Source: Entomortierella parvispora E1425
Lineage: Eukaryota; Fungi; Mortierellomycota
Direction of reading: 5' to 3'
Length of the DNA stretch: 64,000 bases
NCBI GenBank assembly: GCA_020891255.1
Contig: BQFW01000006.1
Span: forward strand, 1,240,001 to 1,304,000
Under the pieces are notes generated by a model. That model was not told the DNA's origin, did not search any database, and saw nothing but the letters and a program-made list of their open reading frames with translations. Shown here piece after piece: positions 1 to 12,918 of this stretch. The translations under genes were made by a program, and so were the position numbers. The first letter of the stretch is position 1, and every line of letters begins with the position of its first letter.

Positions 1-519
1 AACCAACAAGCAATACTCACCGAAGATCATGCTCTTTACCTGTCCAAGATGAGGTGTGGGTGCGGGGATAAAATGATTGAGGCACCTTGTCGTCTTTCAT
101 CTTACCCGCTTGGCTTTGTCTTTGACCTTTTTCTCACCCGAGGTCGGAAGCACTTACACTTTAAACAAAAATACAACAATGAAGAGGTATGCATTCTTTC
201 TTTTTTTTTACTTGTTCAATACTTTGATTTTGTTTTTTGATCTCACCCGTTCCTTTCCAAAATGAGCGACAACAAAGGTCGTTGAGGAGGAGTTCGAGAA
301 GACGATCGCTGCACTGGAAGGCAGGAGGGAGAGGGAAAACAAAGAAAGAAAGAAAAAAAAGAGAGCAGATTGTCAGCAGTTCTTTTTTTCTTTGTTCTTG
401 CTTGAAATGGCAAACTGGTATTTGTGTTTCGAGGAATTGGGGAGGGCGTCGGGCACAGGGCAGGCAACGAGGAGCATGCGAGATGTTGGTGTTCGTCTTC
501 ATTGTGCCGCCGTTGAAAA

Positions 520-2058
520 TTAGTCCCTGCTATCGCGGCGACCGCCGTAGCCTCTACTTGGGCCACCCGGGCTTCTGGACCGACTCCTGCTCTTGCGCCT
601 CTTGCTATCGCGTTCATATGATCGATCGCTGTATCCGCCACGGCTGCGATCGCCATAGCCTCCACCACCTTCGTATCTTCTAGACATACCCCGATCTCTG
701 TCACCGCTGCCACCGTAGCGTCCACCACTGCTGCCGCCATAACGATCGCCGCCGCTAGGACCTCCACGAGAGCGATCCCGATCATGACGACTGCCATTAT
801 CTCTTCCTGATGACGTCTGGTTCTCATGTGGGGCACCGATACGCGTTCCTCCCAATCCTCCTCCTATAAAGATGTAGTTGATAGAGATGAGATCACAGAT
901 GCATTAGATGTTTGAGGCCCGCATTGAGAAACAGAGAGAGCGAGAGCAGAGAAAACATAGATGGTTGTTCATACCGAGACGTTTTGGCTTCCATCCCTTG
1001 ACGGTACGACCACGCTCCACATCTACGACAATACGACGTCCCAGAATCTTGATACCATCGGCATCCTTGTAGGCAGCCTTCATATCCTTTTCACGCTCGT
1101 ATTCAATAAACGCATAACCTCGGGGCTTGCCCTCCACATCTTTTACAAGACGGATCTATACAATCAAAAGCATTCCCAAGAGCAAGTCAAATACGTGTTA
1201 AAGTGGATCCAGAGTACACACGAACAATGAAAATGGTGTCGTGACGAAGGGAACAGGAGCTCAAACATTCATATCAAGGAATTTAGTAGAATCACGAGCA
1301 CTCGATATGCTTACTTGAGTGCGGACTAGACTTACATTCTCAATGGGTCCATACATGGAGAATTCTCTCCTCAACTCCTTCTCGGTCACTTCATAGCTCT
1401 AAAATCGTAGTTGAATTCACTTCCAGTTAGAAGGTGCATGACATGGTAGCCTGGCCCTTTTTCAACCATCTCGCGGTCTTGACTTACCAAACGAGACACA
1501 TGTAACGTCTTATAAGGGTCGCCGACAACATGCTCATCTTTGTTAGGATCCCCTAAAGAAGATTAAGAGAAAAATAATGGCCATATTTGTCAGTCAGCCA
1601 TATCCCTACGTCAGATCCATATTGTAAAGCTACAAGGTTGATTCTAATTACATGCTTCCAAGCCCTCCTTGAGTGCCTTCTCTGACTTTTCCTTGCGTTC
1701 TTGAAGCTGATCAGATACAACAAGACAATGTTAGCCAAAACGTACTTGACAAGATATTTGAAAGAAATCTGATAGGTCAATCTCTCTCGTGTGTCCTATC
1801 CATTTTTCGATCCTGTACCTTTTGTTTCTTTCTCTCGGCCATGCTCAAGGTAGGGACATAGTCCGTGTCATGACCTTTGCACATATCCAGGTACTGTGAG
1901 ACAGGTGTCATCCTAGGTTCATCCTTCTGACCGGGGTCCCGATCCAAGGGCTTGGCATAGGGCAGTGGGGGGCGAGGGGCAAAGAGACGAAGCAGATGTG
2001 GTGGCAAAGCAGCTGTGCCTACACGGCCGCCATTGTCCGGTGGGCCACGACGATCCAT
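520..2058 (-). CDS. SNP1: U1 small nuclear ribonucleoprotein 70 kDa (6 exons)
   Basis: Manual GT-AG splicing gives MDRRGPP...[14 protein letters not shown]...[22 protein letters not shown]|[21 protein letters not shown]|[60 protein letters not shown]|GGGLGGTR, then an RS/RD-rich tail. This is the U1-70K N-terminal domain plus RRM. Confidence 0.96.
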
Positions 2059-2630
2059 TGTTCTGACTTTGACTGCTGGTGAATAGAAAGAGGGGAGAGA
2101 GCGAAGAGGGCGGAGAAGAGAGTCCTGTCGGTTCTAGAGGCGGATTCCCTGATGGATCGTTGATGACTCCTCTGGCAGAATGTGTCGGTGGTCGAAGGTC
2201 GAGCTGTTGATCGGCGATGCGTTGGAGACGTGTAATGGACCAAATGGGGGGATGTCGATCTGGAGGGAGAGCCTGTTTCTGTAGGACATGCGATCAAGAT
2301 GGTTACTGTGACGTATGCTTTTTTATTTATTCGAGGTTTCTTTGTGGGGTCACTCCTGTAGAGTCCTCAACTGTCTTCGATCGAGAGGATAGAGCGATCT
2401 TGAACTCGTTCAACAACAGGACAACATCTTCTTGGATAGTAGCTTTTAGAAGTGGCTAATCGAATTCATCGATCTGAACTAAGTCTTCAAGACCAAAGGT
2501 CGCCTTTGATTGCAAGATTTCACTGTGATAACCACTCCAGTCCTAACTATTGGAATATTTTAGTTTTATGTGGGTACTGGGGTTCTTTCTACCGAGTTGG
2601 ATGATATCCAATCATTTCGGATCACGACTT

Positions 2631-3630
2631 CTACGCAATGTTGGACGCCCGCAGATTGTGAACAATACTATCTGACTCCTCTAACTTGTCGAATCCCTTG
2701 CAGTGCTTGACCACAATCTTTTTGTTGGTCTCCTGTGCATGTCCTCCCAGTAGCATTTCATCCATAACTTGGTATGCCTATAGGAACAGGATAGGTTAGA
2801 ACCAAAAGATTAGTCTGTTATCCCTTGTATGAAGCACTTCGTTGGCACAGGTCAGAGTCATATCCTCTGACTTTTTTTGTAGTAGTCAAGATATCGCCTG
2901 TGTGCTATCTTACCGCAGAGTAGTTGTAAATGATGTCAAGTTCGCAAACGTTTCCAAAGTACTGATCCAGACACTCTACGTATTTGTGCAGTACTTCCAA
3001 TCCTGAGAGTTCGTTGTCGTTCCAGTCAATGCCAAAGCAGAAGAAAAGCGACGCGTATCTAAGCAGATAAAGGGCGAGAAGTGCACAAAAATAAAAGGGT
3101 TAATAAAACGTGGCGTGTTCCTACTCTTGAGATCGGGTGATAAGTCGCCTCTGTTCAGGTTAAGGATCAGTGTTCCTGCCCAAGTCCATGAAGTTACTCT
3201 CCATGGTAACCTGGTTGAAATTACCTCTTGTAGATGGCTTTTCCTCTAGCCTCCCGTCTTCCATCCAACTCCAAGATATTGCACATGCCCCGTTTTCTGG
3301 CCAGGATCTGTGTGACAACATCCTGACTGAGAGACGCCTTTTGCTTGTCTGTAGAGTATTGGTACCACCGCGTCAAGCGGATTTTGCCCTGTCTGTTGAA
3401 GATGATGATGAAGTTGATCTAGAGGACAAGCAAAAGGTAGGGGAACGTTAGCACCTGCTTTGGCTCCTGAATAAAGTAATTGGTTCCTTTTGTCTCCCAG
3501 TGGTCCAGAGATGTATAAACTCCAATAGTGCAATGTCTTTGTTCAGTTGCTATCGTCTGTTCTGGTCCTGAATTGGCGATGGGCTGTCCACATGCTGCCC
3601 ATTTCATCCGGTCATCTTGCGCCTTACCAT
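2631..3630 (-). CDS. Clathrin adaptor complex small (sigma) subunit, closest to AP-1 sigma; 4 exons, the first being only ATG
   Basis: Not in the ORF track. Spliced by hand: M|[19 protein letters not shown]...[13 protein letters not shown]...IYKR|[48 protein letters not shown]|[22 protein letters not shown]...NIA*. Motifs RQGK.RL.RWY, KRYASL.F and FG.VCELDII match AP-1 sigma. Confidence 0.9.
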
Positions 3631-3871
3631 GGATGCACACGAGTCTGCTCTTAGTCGATCGGAAGTTAAAATCTCGGAGGACTTTTGATGAGGGGTACGT
3701 CAGAGATGCCGTTATTCACTGGATGTCCTGCTGGGAGAAAGAAGGTGATGCCGAGAAGGATGGAGGTCTGATGATGGTCTGCTGGAGAAGATGATGGGAT
3801 GGAGATGAACAAATGCAGCAGATGCACGCGCTCACCTCGCATTCATGAAATGAGGAAGCCAGTCCTCAATG

Positions 3872-3948
3872 TGGCTTGCACGCTGTGGAACAACCTTCTG
3901 TTCGCACTGGCTTGCACGCTGTGGAACAACCTTCTGTTCGCACTGGCT
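3872..3948. repeat. Perfect 36-bp tandem duplication (2 copies plus 5 bp)
   Basis: TGGCTTGCACGCTGTGGAACAACCTTCTGTTCGCAC at 3872-3907 and 3908-3943. Confidence 0.95.
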
Positions 3949-4007
3949 GACCCTTCCATTTGCAGGCGAAGGGCTCCAGGTACCGCATTCCACCAGATCT
4001 CTCGACC

Positions 4008-6259
4008 ATGTCGCAAACTCTCCATGACGATGGCCCACAGGAACAGCAGGGACCGGCTAAAACAGACTGGACCGCGATCCTGTCAATATGCTACCAGCTG
4101 AGAGTCCCTGCCGTGTTTATCTCTCGCGAAGCGATTCAAGGTAGCTAGGCCGGTCTGGCTTTTCTCTCTCGTTTGGGTATTCTCGTTTCGTCCACTCAAC
4201 CTTCCCGCTTTGCTCCCAATACATAGATTCTCCGAAGAGTCGTGCCGTTGCAGACGCATTTGTCAGTTCAGCGTTCCCTCTTTTAGAGCGCCTTGGAATG
4301 CTACTCAAGGATGGACCTGTACGAAGGATTATCATTTGAATTTTCTTCCTTTTTTGCTCTACGATGAGGCCTAGCATTAAACTATGACTATTCCAACCCT
4401 AGATCACCGACACCTACGTCCTGCGCCGGACCATAATGGCCTGCGCTGCCTTCACCAATCCGAAGGATCTCTGGAATGAGCGTAACCCGGTTGCCGAAAA
4501 AACCATTGTGATCGCCAAAGACAATCTGAAATGCCTCTACCTAAATACCCGATGGAGCACAGGAGTTAAAGCTGCGGAGGATAAAGATCTTGAATCGGGA
4601 CACTCCAACAACGTAGGCACGTTTTCAGAAAATGTGATTGATATCCTCGCCAAAGTTCTGCGTCCAAGCTTCGCCAATATTCAGGCACAAAAGGCGATGG
4701 ATCGAGCCCAGCTGACCATTGAGACACACCAAAAGGATGTTCAAAAGGCGACGAAAATGATCGAGGATTTATCGACGGAGCCCTCCGAAAAAGGAACTCT
4801 TGTCACTACGACAACCCACAGCAAGGACCTCACCACCCGCCGTCAGCCACTACGGTCGAGACCGCAGCAACGATTTCAGATTGCGCCTGTCAAGGATACC
4901 CCTAATGAAGACGACTGGTCGGGTGCATTTGAAGATCCGGATCGGGATAGTTCCGAACTGAGATGGAACACCAACTTTCTAGAGTCGATCGCCATCGTGG
5001 AATGGTGCGCGTTACAATCTATAGAAGATTCAAGCCGGATACAGGAAGTTTTTATGTTACTTCTCGCCCCCATCTTGACTCTTGCCGACTCGATAAGCAG
5101 GCATCGTATCCGAGGGCTCAATCTCATGTGTCAATTTTTGATCCGACATCATCAGGAGAACCCTTCCTCTTTATCATTGACTCCTGGAGCAGACCCAAGG
5201 ATCTGGATCCGGATATTCGAAAGAACAGGATTGGATCAAGTGTTGGAACGCGCTCTTGTCTCAATTCTGACACCCCTGAATGTCTCCATGTCCTCGGATG
5301 AAGCCAGAGCAGCTGCAGAATTGAAACTCGACCCTCAGGCCGCCACTGCGGCTGATGGACTCGAGGAGTTGGAGGCAATTCGGGCTGGATTCCGAGCGTA
5401 CCTGACTCTGATCCTCGTCAACACTGAGCCAAGCGACAAACCAAGATTTGACGAGGATCGACCATCAACACCTGGAAGAAAATATTCGGCCTTCCGAGAC
5501 GGGTCCGAACCAGTGGTATCCGTCGAAGGACTGTTTGTTCTTGGAGTCTTGGGAGGACTGATGAGGGCGAGTCCGTCCAACGAGTTCCGGGAGCTGATCT
5601 TGGAATGGATGGAGTGCCTCGTAAATTCTGTCATTACATTCGATCGGATACAGGATCAAATGCCCTATGACGATACCCTCTGTTTGGAATCCAAAACAGG
5701 AGTAACCCCTGCCCTCCTTTCTGATTCTTTGGACCAAAAGATCTCTTGTTTGGCAATTTATGGTATGGGCGAATTGTCGACAAAGTACCTCCTGACGCTG
5801 GTTCCATACCTGTGCAGCGTAATGGAATTCCCACTTCCTTCATCGCCCCCACAGCAACGGCTCGAGTGTCTGAAGTTGGCCGGCCAGGCGTCGGACAGTC
5901 TCCGGGCACTCATGTCGGTCACTCGAGGTAGAGTTGGACGGTTCCGAGGTCAAATCATGGCTGGTTTGTCGAGCTGCTGGGCCAACTCACGTATCTATCC
6001 ATCCGCACAAGGCACATCAACATCGACCAGTGCGAAGGCATCGGCAGCAGGACCCTTAAAAAGTGCCATTGAGATGGCACAGGCACGTTTGGACACAAGC
6101 TTAGCAGAGTGCATGGGCCTCTGTGTCGAGATTTGTCGAGGCCAAGGGAGCAAGATTGTGGAGCTGGGAACTCGCGAAGGAGTGGAGCAGGATCTGAAGG
6201 TGCTGCAGGAGTTGGACATGTCAGTGTTTGGACCCTTGTTTGCGCTCGTAGACCAATAA
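4008..6259 (+). CDS. TTI2: TEL2-interacting protein Tti2 (TTT co-chaperone subunit), 3 exons
   Basis: ATG 4008, intron 4141-4226 and a second intron restore frame into the 607-aa ORF. The helical ORF contains LLLAPILTLAD...RIRGLNLM and GRVGRFRGQIMAGLSSCW, which resemble Tti2 motifs. Confidence 0.72.
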
Positions 6260-6517
6260 AAAGGGAGACTAGCATCTCCTTTAAACACAACATGGAACCG
6301 AGCAAAGCGGTGTTGATGATCTCGCCACGGTCCAGAAGACGTGAGGTCATTGCTGCTTGCTGAGTTGCGATAACGAGGCGACCGTTGGATTGGACCCAAA
6401 CCATAATAAATACCGCGCCGTTTTGTCTCATCTCGTTCATTCGTTCGCTGCTTTTTTTCTTTCTTCATTCCTCTCTTTCCCTCATCACATTAGCATCTAC
6501 CTCTTCCTCTCCCCACA

Positions 6518-6602
6518 ATGGCACAGAATACAGGCACATTAGTCTACCTCGACATTGAAATTGGTGACCAAGAACTCAAGGCGACCTCATGGGATCTGTA
6601 AT

Positions 6603-6638
<36 letters not shown>

Positions 6639-7468
6639 GTTTCTACTTTTGTTTTCTACTTTTCTGCTGGTCCATTCATTCTTTTTCTATCCATGTCTCG
6701 GCACAAACCTGACATTTCTTATCATGTAGGTACCGCCGAGGACAGGCTTTCTTTGCCACCCATGGCGCTCTCTACGGCTACTCTGGGATGACCCTCGAAG
6801 AACTCGGTCCTGAAGACCGTCAGAACCTCCAGGAGATTTACGACTCCAACCCGGTCCTGACAAAGGGCGGATCCATCACCCTGAACGAACCAGCACCTCT
6901 CCCCGGCGGAAGACTTGTCCTTCGACTCGACACGGAGGGCTGCCCCAAGACCTGTCAAAACTTTTTAAACTTTGTGGAATCAACCTATACCAATGCAGTC
7001 AAGGAAGCGACCTATGTGAACACACGGTTCTTTCGATTGGTCAAGGATCATATCATTCAGGGAGGCGACTTGACAAAGAACGATGGATCAGGTGGCTTTT
7101 CGTCTATCCCTAGCGTGGAGAACCCAAAACCGTTTGCGGACGAGAGACATGGATTGAGAAAGGGCACGTTCAAGAAGGCCGGTGTGTTAGCAATGGCCAA
7201 CAGAGGCAAGAACACCAATGGATCCCAATTCTTTTTGACACTGGGTCAAGGAGCAAGATGGACCAAGGCCCTCGAGGGCAGCTATGTGGCCTTCGGTGAG
7301 GTGGTGGAAGACGCGTCTGCGAACGGTCAGACAGAGGGAGACGACTGCGGTTCAGCAGATGGATTGGCGCTGTTGGACAAATTGAACAAGATCCCCACGG
7401 ACGCAGAAGAGCGGCCGATCCTGGCGGTGACCATCATTGGGTGTGGACGCCAGGTCGCGGAAGCATAG
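6518..7468 (+). CDS. Cyclophilin-type peptidyl-prolyl isomerase with fungal N-terminal insert (2 exons)
   Basis: Exon 1 MAQNTGTLVYLDIEIGD; a poly-T intron; then GRLVLRL...CPKTCQNF, FFRLVKDHIIQGGD, GVLAMANRGKNTNGSQFFLTL and YVAFGEVV. Confidence 0.93.
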
Positions 7469-7681
7469 AGAAAAGCATACCGACATGACAAAAAAACAGA
7501 ATAAAAAAGCAATTGAACGAAAAAAAACCCCCAGGCAAATCGGTCACGTCCCCGCCAATCGCCAATCGCGCTTGCCTGCCGATCGCGCATTGTTCTGTCA
7601 AAACCCAGCGCGATTTCCCGTCTCTGTTGTTACCAGCATTCTTTCTTTCTTCCTCCATTGCACATTTTACCCAAGAAAGTC

Positions 7682-8332
7682 ATGAGCCGGGTCATTGTCC
7701 GATTCCTGTCTTCTTCTTCTTCTTCGTCTACTTTTCCACTCTTGTCCTCACTTGTCCTGCGCTCTCGCCTCCAGACTTCCACCTCGTTGGTCCGTCCCCT
7801 TCCTCTTCGACGGCCTTACTCTCTCTTCTCAAAGTTCACCTCCAGAGGCTCCAAGGCCACGACCGCTGCCACGGGTAACTCACCTTCGACCGCTAGCCTT
7901 CTCGCCGGGCAAGAACACGATCCTTCAAAGATGAGTCAGCAAAAGACGGATCAAGAATGGCGTACGATCCTTTCGCCTGAACAGTTCAGGGTCCTGCGTC
8001 AAAAGGGCACTGAAAGAGCCGGCACGGGCGAATACGACAAGCACTCGGCCAAGGGCGTGTACGAATGTGCGGCCTGCCACACACCCCTCTACACGTCCTC
8101 TCACAAGTTTGATTCCGGTTGTGGTTGGCCTGCATTCTTTGATGCCATCCCAGGCGCGGTCGGAAGACATGCGGATCCGGACGGAATGCGAATTGAAATT
8201 GTGTGCAATGCATGCGGCGGCCATTTGGGCCATGTCTTTAAGGGTGAGGGCTTCAGACACACCCCAGCAGACGAGCGACATTGCGTCAACAGCATTTCCC
8301 TCAAGTTTCAGCCTGGCGATGGCGATGCTTAA
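7682..8332 (+). CDS. MXR2: Peptide methionine-R-sulfoxide reductase MsrB, intronless, with N-terminal mitochondrial-type presequence
   Basis: [20 protein letters not shown], two Zn-binding CxxC pairs (CAAC, CNAC), [15 protein letters not shown] and catalytic RHCVNS. Confidence 0.96.
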   Translation: MSRVIVRFLSSSSSSSTFPLLSSLVLRSRLQTSTSLVRPLPLRRPYSLFSKFTSRGSKATTAATGNSPSTASLLAGQEHDPSKMSQQKTDQEWRTILSPEQFRVLRQKGTERAGTGEYDKHSAKGVYECAACHTPLYTSSHKFDSGCGWPAFFDAIPGAVGRHADPDGMRIEIVCNACGGHLGHVFKGEGFRHTPADERHCVNSISLKFQPGDGDA

Positions 8333-8512
8333 GCGAAGAAGAAGAGAAACAGGGAAGGGGGTTTTTAGCCACATTGGCTATGATACTCTATTTCAGTGCG
8401 ATTCCCTGAAAATAAAAAAATCCTCACATTTTTATGCTTCCGTGCACCCATCGATTGAATATGTACACGCTTGTTTATTAGGGGATGTGGTCGGGGATCT
8501 TCATTCTAACAA

Positions 8513-11500
8513 TCAGCATCTCTCCACGAGTCGGAAGCCTGCAAACACGAACGGGTAGTTGGCCTGGTACCAGTTGCGGAAACTGCGACGCTTCGCAAGA
8601 CGAGGATGCGTCGCCCAGGACGCGCCCAAGACCACCATGTGCTTCTCGTCAAAGAAATCAGTCGAGTAACCTGGGTACAGAGCCGAAGTCTTGAATCCTG
8701 GACCCAAAGGCGCAAACTTTGTACGCGTCCAATCCCAAAGACCACCTGGACCGCTAAAGTCCTTAATGGGCACGTCCGAAGTCGAAGAAGGGGAGGGTGC
8801 TTCGATCGTGGGGTACCACTGCCGGAAGCCAAAGTTCTCCAGGCCAGATCGAGGCACGCTCGACTGCTTCCACTTGAACACCATCGACAACTGTTGCTCC
8901 GTGGGCAACATGAACTGTTTCGATTGCTCCTTCGAGTACCAGTCTGCATATGCAGTTGCTTGCAGGTTGGAGCAAGAGACTGGCCAGTCGCCCGAGATGC
9001 GGATCGGTACAGGACCGTACACCGTCTTGATCGAGACCTCTTCCCCGTTGGCCAGCCAAGAAGCAGGAAGTCGGTCCTTTTGAGACAAACCACCAGTGGC
9101 GTTCAAGAACCTCATGTATTCGTTGTTGGTAACCTGGCGCGACTGGATCTTGAAGGCCGGGGTGGGCTCGGAGTGAACCTCAGGGTGCTCATTGTCCCAA
9201 CCAAAGGTTGAATTCAGGTCCTGTTTGTTTGCATCCAAAAGATCATCCGATTCCAAATCCAAGTGTCCCAACGACAAGAACTCTTTGTCCAGCTTGGAGG
9301 GGTCCACAGTGATCCAGGTGACAGGCGGCAGAACCGACCGGGATTCGAACGTCGCCATATTATCGGCCCAAGGTGCAGGCAGCGAGGGTGGAGGCAAGGT
9401 ATTGGGCGACTGGACCAACATGTAGATCAAGGTTTCCAAGTGCATCGCCTCATGTTCAAAAGCCATGAAGAGCACACGAGCCAACCGACGGTCAATTGGG
9501 TACTTGACAGGGTCGTTCAAGATGTTGAATAGACGTTCCCGAACTCGATCACGGAACTCAAGGATAGTCTCAATGGCTGGCCATTCGTCTGGAACCTCGG
9601 AATGGGCGTGGCACTTTGTGGGATCGTCCACGTCCGGGTCAATGCCTCGCTCAAAGATGACGTTGAAATGAGCCGGCTCCGAGAAGGGCTCCTTCAGGGC
9701 ACGAGAGAGTTGAGTGTCCAAGAAGACTGGGATATGACCAAGGTAGAACAGGAAGGGGTGGCGAAGAGCAATGGGCTTTTCAAGGAGCATGGAAGGGTGC
9801 TGGATCATTTGTGTCGTCACCACATCCCAAGACTTCCAAAGCTCAGTCCACTCTTGCTGACTAGGGCAGGTCTTTGCATCGGTGGACTTGAAGTAGAAGG
9901 GGGTCTTGCGGACGAGATGAAGGTCATAACGATCGCTAGAACTAGTCCATTGACCGACCTTGGTGAACTCAGTGTCCTCAAACAATGCCGCGGTCTCGGC
10001 CGGTGACCACTTGTAAGAGTACTCGACATTGATGAGCTCACCCTTGACGAAATCAATCTGGACATTGTTCTCCTCCTTTGGGGCCTTGAAGACGGTCGAG
10101 TGTGACTCTACAACCTGGTAGTAGGCTTCATGACGACCGACCTCAACATTGTACTGGGCGAAGTACTGGAACTTTTGTCGATCCATGAGAGACTGGTCGA
10201 AGATGACATTGATATGACCGAGTGCATTGAGGACAAACTCACGAGTGACCCCCTTGGTATCGTTGTACGCCAACGTAATCTCTTGAGCGTCGTTTCGGCG
10301 GTCAATACCGATTAACCAGTTATCGCCCACGTTGAGGGTCTTGCGGTATGAGGTGATAAAATCGCGCGCTTCCTCTCGGGTCAGGTTTCCGATCGAGGAC
10401 CCGAGCCAGAGAAGAGTCTTGGGGACTTCGGCCCCTAAGGAGCTCACAAAGGCCAATCCTTCTTCGTATGTACCCCAGAGACCTGCTGTCTTGACGTTGG
10501 AGAACTTGCCGAGGGACTTGAGAGACTGTGGGAAAAAAAGGGGGCATGAAAAAGGTGGTTTTGGTCAATTGCTTGAATGCAATATAGTACGTAAGGAATC
10601 AAACGTAAAAAAAGAAAGAATTAGGTGCGGTACACCGCCCTGCAGAGTGGAAACGATGCATGCGATGTGAAGAAACAAACACCTGGCCCCTGGAAAAAAA
10701 ACTAGCCCTGTACTTTGCGTAATAAAAGTAAAAATATCGAAAGAACAAAAAATTACAATGTGGAAACTGCGCTGCAAAGTGAATTGTGCTGATCTCCAGA
10801 AATGCGGTCTCGAGCCGTGCGACAAAAGCGTGTGAAAATAGTGGGGGGAATGGAGGGGGGATGGTGCATTAAAAAAAAGCCTCTCCCTCCTTTTCCGGAT
10901 GAATCGCACGTTGTTGTGTTTCTTGCAACCACAATGGTGACGCGAAGTTGCGACAGTCGACAGTTGAAAAAAGAAAGTGAGATAAGCGAAGAACACAGAC
11001 CACAGACCATATCGTTGGACCATGTTCTGGCGTCTGTTCTGGGTCACCGTGGAGAGATGCAGGTCATGCTCCAGCAATGAAAGAAAAATGAACCAAAGAA
11101 ATAATTCAAAAAAGAGCCTCTGTAAAGAAAGAAAATTGCTCCATGCAGTAAGGAGTGATGGCGTCAAATGACGGCACATTCTTGACCAAAAGATATGCAT
11201 GGAGAAGAAACAAGAGATTCGTCTTTACCTTGGTCAGCTCGTCCAGCATCAGATCCAGAGCGTAGTATCGGATGTTCTTGCGTCTCGATTCAAGAGCATT
11301 CAACAGCAGGACAGTTTTGCGAAGGGAACTGTTGGGACAAAATGAGAATAAAATAGTCATGCAGATAACAAAAGGGTTAGAAAGTTGGACAGACATCATG
11401 CAGACAAGCATACCCCCTTTGCCTTCTGCAAAAGAAAGAGATAATGAAGCGGTTAAACTTACCCTGCTCCAAGTTCTACAACAACACTGTTGTCGGGGAT

Positions 11501-12076
11501 GTGTTCAACAATCTTGTCTCCGTCGCGCTCCAAGATTTGAATCTCCTCGGTGGTCAAGTAGTAGTCATCCAGGTAAGTGATCTCATCAAAGAGCTGCAGA
11601 CCTCTATCGTCGTACAAGACCATCGTGGGAATCGTCTTTGGTGCCCCAGCAACGGCTGGACAGAGTCCTGCGAGAATCATCTTTGGCAGATCAAATCCTG
11701 GGGCAGTCAGAGGCTCTCCATCATCATCCTCGTCTTGCTGCATCACACTACTGGCACTGCTGTCGCTGACACGACCTTCGACAGAATGTGTGTCAGTGAG
11801 GCCGTCCATGGTATCCGAATCAGCTACCTCCGAAAAAACGGCGTCGTCATTCAGGACCAAGGGCGAGAGATTCGCGGTTGTGATGTCTAGCTGCTGTTCA
11901 TTCTCGCCGGAAGCGCTCGGTGGGCTTGGGTAGGCGCTTTGAGGATCCTGGTGAAGACGGACTCGCTTGTGATCATCCTTGACCAGGGCTTCGGCTTGAT
12001 TCTTGAGGTTCGAGTGGCGGAGGTCAATAATGGTCGGGTCATTGACAGACATGTGCGATGTGGGTAAGATAGCCAT
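8513..12076 (-). CDS. EGT1: Ergothioneine biosynthesis protein Egt1 (histidine trimethyltransferase fused to hercynylcysteine sulfoxide synthase), 3 exons
   Basis: KTIPTMVLYDDRGLQLFDEITYLDDYYLT and VELGAG|SLRKT mark the EgtD-like methyltransferase. HPFLFYLGH, FERGIDP and the Fe-binding HEAMHLET mark the DinB-like domain. GWDNE, GYSTDFFDEKH, GASWATHP and FRNWYQ mark the FGE-sulfatase fold. Confidence 0.96.
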
Positions 12077-12884
12077 GATGGAGGGTGGATATATGTGGAG
12101 GGTTTAAGGAAGATGAGCTTTTTAGGTGAATGGTTGTTGTATTCTCGTTCAAGAAGGGACGGTTTATTTGAAAGCGAAATGATGAGAGATGACGAAAAGT
12201 TGATGGAGACAGTCAAATGATGACTGATGACGACTTCTGTTGGTGTGTGTGTGTGTTTGCGTGTGATGGGCTGGTCGAAGTGGTTCACTTGCTTGGTGAA
12301 GAGAAGAGAAGAATGATAGGCGACAACGTCCACCTTTTTAAATGATTTTTGGTTCGTTGATCGAAGGCACAGACGGCGGGGCCAGGCTGATGCGTAATTG
12401 CGCTTTGCTTTGTCGCTTTTTTCTAATGACCTTACATGACGGACCTATAATCTGTTCGTCAAGTGGAGGTCAGCGCATTAAAGAGAGACCCTTGTTCAAT
12501 TGAGCCTTTATTCATTCGCATTTCAGTTTCTATTGAATGGGTTTTCGCGCAGACCTGTTCTAGCGCGCGCGGTTTGTCTCACCACCCGATCTTTTTTTTC
12601 CCTCCTGTCCCCTCGAAGCCCCTTCTAAATGATTGTCCCTTTTCTCCCAGTCGTCATTGTCCAAACGAGGTGGCTCTAATTGGATATTGGAACGACTTTT
12701 AACCCGAAAGAGTCGTCCTTCCTCAGTTGACACCCTTACTGCTTTCACAACTCGATCAATTGAAGTTTTCGCGCTAACCCTACACACCCAAGGTTACTCT
12801 GTTCGCCGGCATGACTACTAGTCCATGTAGCTAGCCACACATCCTCCTTCCTTAAGAGTTTCGCGAACACGTCCGGAGATCATC

Positions 12885-12918
<34 letters not shown>

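Noticed and set aside
1-330. Possible 5' part of a minus-strand gene running off the window edge
   Set aside because: Splice-like signals are present (branch plus AG near 315, GTGAG donors near 247 and 21), but I found no consistent frame or recognisable protein.
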